From positions 1 to 64,000 of IMG/VR virus record IMGVR_UViG_3300027852_000032: a stretch of 64,000 nt of DNA. One strand, written 5' to 3'. The notes below the pieces were generated by a model, which saw only the letters and a list, made by a program, of their open reading frames with translations, was not told where the DNA came from and ran no database searches. Made by a program: the position numbers and the translations under genes. Origin of the DNA: a virus. Its lineage: Duplodnaviria > Caudoviricetes. Numbering within the stretch: position 1 is the stretch's first letter; the number at the start of each line of letters is the position of its first letter. Shown piece after piece: positions 49,741 to 57,945 of the stretch.

Positions 49741-50484
49741 ATGGCTATGAAAAGAAACGTTGAAGAAGCAAAGAGTAATTTCGATGAAGCAGTTAATGCC
49801 GCCGGTACAAAAACAGTTGAAGCGGAAACAAAAACAGTTAATGCCGCTGGAACAAAAACAGTTGAGGCAGAAACAAAAACAGTTGCAAAAGCGGCACCCA
49901 CTGTGGTTGCGAAAGCTGTGAAGCGGGATATGGTCAATGTATTCAGCGGTCTTGAAGATCAGTTTACCGCTGACTACGGAATGCTCCCCCGGATCAAGGC
50001 GTCAAACGGAAATTGCATGGATGGGGATGATAAAATCCTTGGAGCAGAGATCGAGATCCAGGTTCTTTCTTGGAACAAAAATTATGTTGCGAGCCCCTGT
50101 AATAAGGATGCCCCCTCTGATTTGGTGAAATATTCACTCAACAGGGAGGCTTTTGACGACGGGACAGGTGGTTTAGATGAGTACATCTCTGACCTCAAGA
50201 AGGCAGGTTGGGCGGATGCCTGCGTAAAGGAATATTTTGACGTCGTGGCTGTGCTTGTTAAGTCGGAAAAAGACAGTGAACACACGGGGGAGATGGTGCA
50301 GCTCCAGCTTGCCCCTACTTCTGTCAAAGCATTCAATGGATTTAGGTTGCAGACTGGATTCAAAATCGCACGGGGATTACTGTCCGCTGATAGTTTAAAA
50401 ACAATCAAGGCGAGTGCGGAGGTCGTTTCTGCGAATGGATATACATGGACGAAGTTCTCTTTCAGTCCCATAATTAAATATTGA
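49741..50484 (+). CDS. Probable ssDNA-binding/annealing protein
   Basis: Position, own terminator, LAPTSVKAF motif; N-terminal 39-bp tandem duplication. Confidence 0.5.
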   Translation: MAMKRNVEEAKSNFDEAVNAAGTKTVEAETKTVNAAGTKTVEAETKTVAKAAPTVVAKAVKRDMVNVFSGLEDQFTADYGMLPRIKASNGNCMDGDDKILGAEIEIQVLSWNKNYVASPCNKDAPSDLVKYSLNREAFDDGTGGLDEYISDLKKAGWADACVKEYFDVVAVLVKSEKDSEHTGEMVQLQLAPTSVKAFNGFRLQTGFKIARGLLSADSLKTIKASAEVVSANGYTWTKFSFSPIIKY

Positions 50485-50501
50485 TTTAACATTTTGAGGG
50501 G

Positions 50502-50532
50502 GCAGGGAGCATTTTGAGGCTCCCTGCTTTTT
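50502..50532 (+). terminator. Rho-independent terminator
   Basis: GCAGGGAGC/GCTCCCTGC stem followed by T5. Confidence 0.85.
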
Positions 50533-50640
50533 CTCAAGAGGTAACAGAAAAATCATGTCACCAACAGCATTGTTAATCGAAGATCTTGGCAAGTGCAGGG
50601 TTGCAGTTTTGAATTATTGGGTATAGAGGGGGAATCTTGA

Positions 50641-50847
50641 ATGGATAGAGAACTGAGGGCAATCGAGTTTGAAGCTTTAGCAATCGAGTCACAAATAATT
50701 TGCATAGAGGCTCAAGGAATGAAGTATGAAAATGAATCGTGTATGTATTTAGGTCAGGACGTAGCTTACCATGAAGGTTCTTTTCAGGAAAAAGCAGAGC
50801 AACTTCAATCGATAGCACAAAAAATAAGGGACTTGGCCAAGCTATGA
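50641..50847 (+). CDS. Hypothetical protein
   Basis: 68 aa, coupled to the next gene. Confidence 0.6.
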   Translation: MDRELRAIEFEALAIESQIICIEAQGMKYENESCMYLGQDVAYHEGSFQEKAEQLQSIAQKIRDLAKL

Positions 50848-51191
50848 AAATTGAAGAATTACAAAAATATTTTGAATACGCAGAGTCGAATCAAGTAAGG
50901 TTCGAAGGTAAATGTCACGATTGTGAACTCCCTGTTACTGTTGACGCAGACCTGGAAGCAGATGGAAAGATCACTGTTTCAGGAGGTGCATTGTTTAATC
51001 CCCAAATTAGTGCAGCTGATAACCAACTTTTTTTGAAATGTGAAGCGTGTTTCGAGAAAGACGATACTTTACAGAACTACCAACCATGCGCTGTGTATTC
51101 AAGGGTGGTTGGATATCTTCGACCAGTAGATAACTGGAATAACGGCAAAAAAGCGGAATATAAAAAACGAAAGCTTTTCAAAAATGTTTAA
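50844..51191 (+). CDS. Stand-alone NrdD C-terminal (glycyl radical) domain with Zn-binding Cys pairs
   Basis: CHDC, CEAC, YSRVVGYLRPVDNWNNGKKAEY..R. Confidence 0.82.
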   Translation: MKIEELQKYFEYAESNQVRFEGKCHDCELPVTVDADLEADGKITVSGGALFNPQISAADNQLFLKCEACFEKDDTLQNYQPCAVYSRVVGYLRPVDNWNNGKKAEYKKRKLFKNV

Positions 51192-51416
51192 ATGAGGTGG
51201 GTTGTGTGGGTTGTGACAACAGAATACAACGATTACGATCAGCATGGCGTTTATTTTTTAGCTGTGTTTTCAACAAAGCCAAGTTTTCAGCAACTAAAAG
51301 CATTAATAAAAGAGGACGACGTGACAGTGGGTAAGCTAACAAGGGGTGGAGGTCGCCAGGGAATAGAAGATAAGTGGTATAACCTAACAAAAGTAAAAAG
51401 TGACGGAACGATATAA
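51192..51416 (+). CDS. Hypothetical protein
   Basis: EYNDYDQHG.YF...GGGR motif. Confidence 0.6.
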   Translation: MRWVVWVVTTEYNDYDQHGVYFLAVFSTKPSFQQLKALIKEDDVTVGKLTRGGGRQGIEDKWYNLTKVKSDGTI

Positions 51417-51436
51417 CTGTCACAACGGAGAATAAA

Positions 51437-51730
51437 ATGGAAGGAAGGGAAGTGATCATTCACGAGTATGTAACAGTTAAAAATAAAGTATCTTTTGGCA
51501 AAGTGGCAATTGGAGAGGGAATTTTTCGAGCGTTCGGCTGTGACTATGAAACATTAGAGGATGGCGTCGGTAATTTCTCGACAGCAATCATCGAAATGCC
51601 TGACGGTAAATTAAAAAATATTCCGGTAGAGCTGATCGTTATGAAAACTGCAAAAAAAGTTAAGGACAAACCTAAAACATTAATTCCTGAACATAAGCCA
51701 CCCTCTGAGGAGGGGATATGGGCAAGGTGA
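51437..51730 (+). CDS. Hypothetical protein
   Basis: GGAG RBS; GNFSTAIIE.PDG motif. Confidence 0.65.
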   Translation: MEGREVIIHEYVTVKNKVSFGKVAIGEGIFRAFGCDYETLEDGVGNFSTAIIEMPDGKLKNIPVELIVMKTAKKVKDKPKTLIPEHKPPSEEGIWAR

Positions 51731-51776
51731 CGAGTATCAGCGGTATAAATTAATAGAAGTAAAGGGGGAAAATAAA

Positions 51777-51995
51777 ATGGAAGAACGCATAGCGAGGAAA
51801 ATAAATGTAAATAGGACGCAAATCGAGGTCTTTACCAATAATATTAACGAAGCAGTTTACATCGCTACGCTTGAATTGGGGGATGAGATTCGAGAAATAG
51901 AAGATTATCATATCTTCTACCAGGGAGAAGAACAGCTCAACAGGTTTGTATTTGTCAAGCCAGAGCATATTCTATACCCAAGGTCTTATGGTTAA
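51777..51995 (+). CDS. Hypothetical protein
   Basis: 72 aa, purine-rich RBS. Confidence 0.55.
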   Translation: MEERIARKINVNRTQIEVFTNNINEAVYIATLELGDEIREIEDYHIFYQGEEQLNRFVFVKPEHILYPRSYG

Positions 51996-52009
51996 CAAAG
52001 GAGGTAAAG

Positions 52010-52246
52010 GTGAAGTTGTACGACACAGTTCTTGGGTTAATAGAAATCAAGAACAAAATAAAAAACAATAGTGTTCATGACGGGGATTTGTCTGTTATGG
52101 AGGAAAATTATTTCAGTCAAATTATCGCACTTTGTCATGAAATTGCAAACATGACAAAGTGCTGCGCCACACCTGATTGGCAGGTTGATCTTTTCGATGA
52201 GATCTGCTGTGGAAACTGCGGAAGATTACTAAAGAATAAAAAATAA
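52010..52246 (+). CDS. Hypothetical protein with C-terminal Zn ribbon
   Basis: AGGAGG RBS; CC...CCGNCG. Confidence 0.6.
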   Translation: MKLYDTVLGLIEIKNKIKNNSVHDGDLSVMEENYFSQIIALCHEIANMTKCCATPDWQVDLFDEICCGNCGRLLKNKK

Positions 52247-52257
52247 AGGATAATGCA

Positions 52258-52548
52258 ATGAATAAAAAAGAATTTGTTAAAGAAATCCATAAAGAGCTTA
52301 CCACTGACAGTTTAAAACAGGCTTCTGAGGTTTTAGATGTCGTCGGAAAAATAATATCGGATACTTTAAAAAAGGCAGATAGCGTTACCCTCCCCGGCAT
52401 TGGGAAATTCGGCGTCAGGGTTAAGATTGCCCATACTGCAAGGAATCCTCAAACAGGAGGTTCAGTTGAAGTTCCGGCGAGGATTGTACCTACGTTTAAA
52501 GCTGTAAAAGCCTTGAAAAATATTATTAATGAAAAAGTGAAAAAGTAG
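52258..52548 (+). CDS. hup: HU/IHF-family DNA-binding protein, copy 1
   Basis: MNKKEF, LPGIGKF, ARNPQTG, PTFKA. Confidence 0.93.
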   Translation: MNKKEFVKEIHKELTTDSLKQASEVLDVVGKIISDTLKKADSVTLPGIGKFGVRVKIAHTARNPQTGGSVEVPARIVPTFKAVKALKNIINEKVKK

Positions 52549-52637
52549 GCGGACTCCTACACGGTTTTGCCAGGAAACCTGGAACCCAACACACTGAATT
52601 TCCGCCTATTCCATTTATAAATTCAGTGTGACCTGGC
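52546..52637 (+). ncRNA. Putative double-pseudoknot structured RNA, copy 1
   Basis: Five helices conserved by compensatory changes relative to 53134-53230. Confidence 0.7.
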
Positions 52638-52706
52638 TTTTATCTACTTGTGTCGGGTCTGCGGGGCAGATCTTAGAGACGCGCTTTTAACAAAAGGAAA
52701 ATAAAG

Positions 52707-52994
52707 ATGAATATTACTAAAAAAGAATTTGTTGCAAGAATCCATGAGGATCTTGCTACCGATACTCTGAAACAAGCAGCAGCAGTTTTAAATGTTGTTG
52801 AAGATATAATAACCGATGCCTTGGAAAATGCAGACAGTATCGTTCTACCCGGAATAGGAAAATTCGACGCAAAGGTTAAACACGCCAGGGTAGCCAGAAA
52901 CCCAAAAACAGGAGCTCTCATTGATGTTCCACCTAAAGTTGTGGTTACGTTCAAAACTGCGAAATCTTTAAAGGATGCCCTGAATGGAAAATAA
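52707..52994 (+). CDS. hup: HU/IHF-family DNA-binding protein, copy 2
   Basis: KKEF, LPGIGKF, ARNPKTG, VTFKTAKSLKDALN. Confidence 0.93.
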   Translation: MNITKKEFVARIHEDLATDTLKQAAAVLNVVEDIITDALENADSIVLPGIGKFDAKVKHARVARNPKTGALIDVPPKVVVTFKTAKSLKDALNGK

Positions 52995-53127
52995 AAATAA
53001 AAATAAAAATAAAAATAAAAACGAAGAGGCAGATGCAGAGGCAGAGGAAGCAGAGATTGAGCTTGATCCGGCCTTTGCCCTACCTATCTCCGGGCTTTCC
53101 GAAGTCATAAAAAAACTGAGAAGATAA
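52984..53127 (+). CDS. Possible 47-aa low-complexity peptide (not in ORF track)
   Basis: MENKNKNKNKNKNEEADAEAEE...KLRR; AAGGA upstream. Confidence 0.35.
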   Translation: MENKNKNKNKNKNEEADAEAEEAEIELDPAFALPISGLSEVIKKLRR

Positions 53128-53133
53128 CAAAAA

Positions 53134-53230
53134 AGCGGACTCCTTTCACGGGCTTGCCAAAAATCCCCGGAACCCAACACACCTGAATTTCCGCTGTTTT
53201 CATTTATTGGTTCAGGTGTGGTTTTGGCAA
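53134..53230 (+). ncRNA. Putative double-pseudoknot structured RNA, copy 2
   Basis: Same fold as copy 1; G-U pairs indicate the plus strand. Confidence 0.7.
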
Positions 53231-53301
53231 CATCCACAAGAAGCCGACTGAATGGTAAATCAAAATGTCACTCATATTTTAAAAGGAATAAGGGGGATTA
53301 G

Positions 53302-53862
53302 ATGTCAACAGTAGTTATAGACGCAGGGCACGGAGGTGAAGATATAAAAGGTGCAGTTTTCGAAGCTGCCCATGAGGACGAAATAAATCTGAACATCGCC
53401 TATTTCGTTGATTTTTATTTGACTATGGGAGGACATTCTGTAGTCCTCACCCGAGATACAGACGTGTATGTTTCGCTGTTCTCACGAGTTCAGATAACGG
53501 AACGCCAAAATGCGGATGCCTTTGTAACGATTCATTGTAATTCCGATAAGGATACAACTCAGCAGGGGATGGAGCTGTGTATTGGTAAAACGCCTTCGCT
53601 CGGTGATCTCCATCTCGCATGGCACATAGAAAAAACGATGCTGATGATGTTTCCAGACCGACGGCATTGGGGTATAAAAAATTCACAATACTACATAGAT
53701 AAGATCAGTCGACCAGCTGTTATGATAAGAACCGGATTCTTAACTAATACCCCGGATCGGCATTTTCTAATCAAAGTAGAGAATCAAAAACGCCTGGGCA
53801 AATGTATTGCCGAAGGCATAATGCGTTACCTTTTATTTATGGGAGGAAAATACAGATGGTAG
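53302..53862 (+). CDS. Amidase_3-family protein lacking the catalytic Glu
   Basis: DAGHGG, E, TIHCN retained; PAVMIRTGFL in place of PAVLIECGFL. Confidence 0.85.
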   Translation: MSTVVIDAGHGGEDIKGAVFEAAHEDEINLNIAYFVDFYLTMGGHSVVLTRDTDVYVSLFSRVQITERQNADAFVTIHCNSDKDTTQQGMELCIGKTPSLGDLHLAWHIEKTMLMMFPDRRHWGIKNSQYYIDKISRPAVMIRTGFLTNTPDRHFLIKVENQKRLGKCIAEGIMRYLLFMGGKYRW

Positions 53863-54185
53863 AAAACATAAGCACAAAGGATTTGCAAGAAGAGTTGGCT
53901 AAACGTATTCCTACCTTGGATGATTGCTTGTCAGACCCCGGAATTGTTCCGGATTGGGACACGCTTTCTGAAACGATTTACCAACACGAAAAAATGATGT
54001 TTCATCTAAAACAGATGGCGGCTGGTTACTACTGGATGGATTACAGCTTCGAAACCCCTGACCCGCGGAAGCGAATGGAAGAGGAAGGAGTTAAGGTAAA
54101 CCAACAACTTTGCAGAGGGACTGTTCTTCCAGAGAAGGCTTTCTGTTGCCCTGAGCTTGAGAAGAAATTCGGAGGCGATAAGTGA
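53856..54185 (+). CDS. Hypothetical protein
   Basis: Start MVENIS after GGAGG. Confidence 0.6.
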   Translation: MVENISTKDLQEELAKRIPTLDDCLSDPGIVPDWDTLSETIYQHEKMMFHLKQMAAGYYWMDYSFETPDPRKRMEEEGVKVNQQLCRGTVLPEKAFCCPELEKKFGGDK

Positions 54186-55032
54186 GAATAGCAAGAGTGT
54201 TCCCCCGGAGGACAAAAGCATCGCCGGATGATGCCTTAGCTTTTTTTGGACCTCCACCGGACGGGCTGGAAGTCGATACAGTCCGTATAAGTGTTACATT
54301 CACAGAAGATATTGACGTTGCGGGGGAATTGTATTCGTTATGGGAAAAGATTGCACCAGTAAAAATCGGTGGGCCTGCCCTTTACGACAAAGGAGAACAC
54401 TTCACTCCTGGTATGTATCTAAAACATGGGTACGTTATCACGTCCAGGGGATGCCCGAATGATTGTTGGTTTTGCGATGTCCCTCAACGTGAGGGCAATA
54501 TCAGAGAGCTACCCATAACAGAAGGCTGGAATTTATTAGATTCAAATATATTAGCATGCTCTGATCAGCACGTTAAATCTGTTTTTGCGATGCTTAAGAG
54601 TCAACAACGAAAAGCGGAGCTTACTGGAGGGCTTGAGGCACGAATTTTAACGGACTATCACGTTTCACTGTTATGGGATCTCCGACCATCACAAATATTT
54701 TTTGCATATGATACAGCAGACGACTTAGATCCGTTGGTTGTTGCTGGTGGTAAACTGAGGTATGCGGATTTTACCCGGCGGCATTTACGATGCTATGTCC
54801 TAATTGGATATAAGGGCGATACCACCCAGCAAGCTGAAAAGCGATTAAATCAAGCATGGGCAGCAGGTTTTTTGCCAATGGCAATGCTTTACCGAAGTAA
54901 TGAACACAAACCCGACAGAGACTGGGAAAAATTTCAAAGACTATGGGCGAGACCTGCGATCACAAAATCAATAATCAAAGCGCAATATCAAAAGACTTTT
55001 TGTTGCCCTGAGCTTGAGAAGAAATTCGGAGG
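54144..55032 (+). repeat. 32-bp exact direct repeat pair (54144-54175, 55001-55032) flanking the radical SAM gene
   Basis: TGTTGCCCTGAGCTTGAGAAGAAATTCGGAGG twice. Confidence 0.92.
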
Positions 55033-55039
55033 TAAATAG
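54182..55039 (+). CDS. Radical SAM protein
   Basis: TSRGCPNDCWFC (CxxxCxxC), IGGPA, CYVLIGY. Confidence 0.88.
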   Translation: MRIARVFPRRTKASPDDALAFFGPPPDGLEVDTVRISVTFTEDIDVAGELYSLWEKIAPVKIGGPALYDKGEHFTPGMYLKHGYVITSRGCPNDCWFCDVPQREGNIRELPITEGWNLLDSNILACSDQHVKSVFAMLKSQQRKAELTGGLEARILTDYHVSLLWDLRPSQIFFAYDTADDLDPLVVAGGKLRYADFTRRHLRCYVLIGYKGDTTQQAEKRLNQAWAAGFLPMAMLYRSNEHKPDRDWEKFQRLWARPAITKSIIKAQYQKTFCCPELEKKFGGK

Positions 55040-55384
55040 GTGGAAGTGTTAGTTTATATCTGCGTAAGTGTAGTTATTCTTTTGGTTTACATCGAGATTA
55101 GCAATCCTAACCAACTCGAAGATCTCGATTACTACCCCAAGCAAGAAGAGGTCCCAGTGGTTGAATTTTATCAAGCTCAAAAGGAAGATGTCTTGGTTGC
55201 CGGCAAAGCCGTTTCTAATTCGGATTTTGTTGAAACGACAGCAGCGGTGATAGAGGCATCTATACCGAAACTGATATCAGGAGGGCGTGCTGCTGAACTG
55301 ATGGCAACGATCACGCACTTACTTAAATGCAGGAGAGTATGTGAGGAACACTCTCTCCTACGCGAAACTTTGGATATAGGATGA
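55040..55384 (+). CDS. Membrane-anchored hypothetical protein
   Basis: N-terminal TM; GGAGG RBS supplied by the repeat. Confidence 0.6.
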   Translation: MEVLVYICVSVVILLVYIEISNPNQLEDLDYYPKQEEVPVVEFYQAQKEDVLVAGKAVSNSDFVETTAAVIEASIPKLISGGRAAELMATITHLLKCRRVCEEHSLLRETLDIG

Positions 55385-56190
55385 AATTAATACAAAGCGA
55401 CTGTTTAAAGGAAATGGTCAATATTCCCAACGATTCGGTTGACATAGTGTTTACATCCCCTCCATATGCTGACAGGCGCAAAAACTGTTACGGAGGGGTT
55501 CCTGCGAGTGAATATGTAGAGTGGTTCTTACCCATCACAACGGAGATCAAAAGGGTTCTGAAACCTACGGGTTCTTTTTTCTTGAACATAAAAGCCCATA
55601 CTCAGAAAGGTGAGCGAGGCTTATATGTCATGAAGTTGGTTATTGCTTTACGAGAAGAGGTCTTGTTTAAGTTTGTTGACGAATTTTGTTGGACAAAAAA
55701 TGCGTTCCCGGGTGCTTATAGAGGTAGATTAAAAAACGGGTTCGAACCTGTGTTTCATTTTACGAAAATAAACCCTTCGAAGATAACTTTTAATCCAACT
55801 GCTTGCGGAACACCTGTAAAACCAGAGAGCACAGCCAGAGCGTACAGAAAACAAGGTGGCTCTCCTGCTAATGGGAGCGGGATGCCAGGGGTGAACGCAA
55901 CCAACATGCAGAGAATGAAAACAGCGAGACCATCGAATGTTGTGTGTGTTAATAATGTTAGCAATCAATTCACAGCGAAACAGAAACACCCTGCCACCTT
56001 CCCTGTCGGGTTGGTTGATTTTTTTGTAAAAACTTTTAGCAACGAAGGAGGTGTGATACTCGATCCGTTTATGGGTTCAGGTACTGTGGGCGTATCCTGC
56101 AGGAATTTAGGAAGAGATTTTATAGGCATTGAGCTTAACGAAGATTATTTTGAAATTGCTAAACAAAGGATAAGCGAGGGGAAATTATGA
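55381..56190 (+). CDS. Amino-DNA methyltransferase (N4-C/N6-A, beta class)
   Basis: TSPPY before HPATFP and LDPFMGSGT. Confidence 0.92.
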   Translation: MKLIQSDCLKEMVNIPNDSVDIVFTSPPYADRRKNCYGGVPASEYVEWFLPITTEIKRVLKPTGSFFLNIKAHTQKGERGLYVMKLVIALREEVLFKFVDEFCWTKNAFPGAYRGRLKNGFEPVFHFTKINPSKITFNPTACGTPVKPESTARAYRKQGGSPANGSGMPGVNATNMQRMKTARPSNVVCVNNVSNQFTAKQKHPATFPVGLVDFFVKTFSNEGGVILDPFMGSGTVGVSCRNLGRDFIGIELNEDYFEIAKQRISEGKL

Positions 56191-56390
56191 AAATAGATAT
56201 GAGCATAGATTCTAACACATTTTGGTTAGGGACATGGGTTTGCGCTGCCGTTGTTACTGTCACCATAACAGCGGCCGTATGGAGTTTCTGCATCACAGAA
56301 GTCAAACATTACACTAAGAACGGTTATGAACAAATTTCGGATAAAGGAACAGTAAAGACATATTGGAGAAAGGCAAAGATTAAAAATTAA
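56187..56390 (+). CDS. Small membrane protein
   Basis: One TM helix. Confidence 0.55.
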   Translation: MKIDMSIDSNTFWLGTWVCAAVVTVTITAAVWSFCITEVKHYTKNGYEQISDKGTVKTYWRKAKIKN

Positions 56391-56401
56391 AGATTAAAAA
56401 C

Positions 56402-56450
56402 TAATAATTAATAATTATTAATTATTAATAATTATTAATTATTAATTATT
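56402..56450. repeat. AT-only (TAATAAT/TAATTAT)n stutter
   Basis: Intergenic, upstream of thyX. Confidence 0.8.
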
Positions 56451-56474
56451 TTCAACTATTTTGGAGGAGATAAA

Positions 56475-57143
56475 ATGCGATTAGTGAAACCAAGTGTTGA
56501 GATTTTGAGTATAATGGATGGTGGCCGGTCTCTGAATCTTATCGAACGTGCAGGAAGAGTTTGTTACAAATCTGAGAATAGGATAACCACCGATTCAAAT
56601 AGAGCTTTTGTTCGTAAAATAAAGGACAATGGCCACCATTCTGTGCTGGAACATTCGGCAATTACTGTAGATATTGTTTGTGATCGAGGTGTAAGTCACG
56701 AGCTTGCCCGGCATAGATTAGCAAGTTTCTCCCAGGAAAGCTCGAGATTCTGCAACTACAAAGGGGGTGTCACCTTCGTTATCCCTCCCTGGACATCATT
56801 TCTCGAGGGTGAATACAGCTTAATTAATCAGTTGCCAAAAAAGGTCGCTGATGCGCATTGGCTTTTGTTTGTGCTAAATGCTGAAAAAACTTATAAGGAT
56901 CTTTTGAGGAATAATTGGTCAGCACAAAAGGCTCGTTCTGTTTTACCGAACTCTCTGAAAACTCAAGTCGTGGTTACTGCTAATTTCAGAGAATGGGCCC
57001 ACATCCTGAATCTTCGATGCTCCCCTCAGGCACATCCGCAGATGCGTGAGATAATGCTTCCTCTTCTGGAAAAATTGCATAAAGTGGTCCCAATCGTTTT
57101 TGACGACCTATACGAGAAATATATCCGGGGGGAGCGTGACTAA
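56475..57143 (+). CDS. thyX: Flavin-dependent thymidylate synthase
   Basis: GHHSVLEH, RHRLASFSQESSR, ARSVLP, AHPQMRE. Confidence 0.96.
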   Translation: MRLVKPSVEILSIMDGGRSLNLIERAGRVCYKSENRITTDSNRAFVRKIKDNGHHSVLEHSAITVDIVCDRGVSHELARHRLASFSQESSRFCNYKGGVTFVIPPWTSFLEGEYSLINQLPKKVADAHWLLFVLNAEKTYKDLLRNNWSAQKARSVLPNSLKTQVVVTANFREWAHILNLRCSPQAHPQMREIMLPLLEKLHKVVPIVFDDLYEKYIRGERD

Positions 57144-57747
57144 GAGATTTACGGAAAGGTTTTCTGAGGAGGTTAAGCAAGAAATTGCTGACCTCTATTC
57201 CTCTGAAAAGGTACACACTTTGACCAAATTGGCCGAGATTTACTCCTGCTCCATAGGGACAATCCGTAACCTGCTGATAGCGAAAAGAATCGCTATCCGC
57301 AGCAAACAGGAAGCACAGAGAAGAAAAAGTAATATTGATGAAAAAGATAAGGCAAGGTTTTGGGAAAAAGTTGAGGTTGGTGGTCCCGAAGATTGCTGGA
57401 ATTGGACTGGGACATACAATTGCAAAGGTCTCGGCAGATTTGGTTTCAGGGGGAAAGTTTTGTATGCTCACCGCTTTGCCTATACCCTGACGTTCGGGGA
57501 AATTCCCAAAGGGATGCACGTTTATAAGTCTTGCAAAAAAAACTTATGCGTGAATCCTGCTCATCTAATATTATTGGATCGCAGCGAGAGGGCTAAGATA
57601 CCAACTGTTTTGAAACCGAAGGACGTTTTGGAAATCAGAAGCATGGTTAAGACTGGCCACAAACAAAAGGAGATAGCCAAAAAATTTAAGATATCCCAAA
57701 CGACAGTATCAAAAATAAACTCACGTCATATCTGGAAAAATATATGA
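57136..57747 (+). CDS. HNH-like protein with HTH domains at both ends, nuclease site degenerate
   Basis: CWNWTG, YAHRFAY, CVNPAHL; VYKSC where active members have H. Confidence 0.75.
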   Translation: MTKRFTERFSEEVKQEIADLYSSEKVHTLTKLAEIYSCSIGTIRNLLIAKRIAIRSKQEAQRRKSNIDEKDKARFWEKVEVGGPEDCWNWTGTYNCKGLGRFGFRGKVLYAHRFAYTLTFGEIPKGMHVYKSCKKNLCVNPAHLILLDRSERAKIPTVLKPKDVLEIRSMVKTGHKQKEIAKKFKISQTTVSKINSRHIWKNI

Positions 57748-57945
57748 AGAAGGGATTCACACGCAGCGGAGAGGACTGCGCAAATAGCAAGCTTGATAAT
57801 AAAAAAGTGTTAGGAGTAAGAAAAATGCTTAAAAAAAGGACACCCTAAACAAATCGCGGACTTGTTTAGGGTGTCCCAGACAACGATATCGAGGATCAAT
57901 TTAAGAAGAACATGGAAGCACATACAAGGGAGGATGACCAAGTGA
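57744..57945 (+). pseudogene. Frameshifted small HTH gene
   Basis: GEDCANSKL..V...RKMLKK then +1 frame GHPKQIADLFRVSQTTISRI...WKHI; break at A7 57831-57837. Confidence 0.7.

Noticed and set aside
52546-52620. Stop-codon readthrough of HU1 stimulated by the pseudoknot
   Set aside because: The readthrough frame closes after 23 codons, and copy 2 has a different stop context
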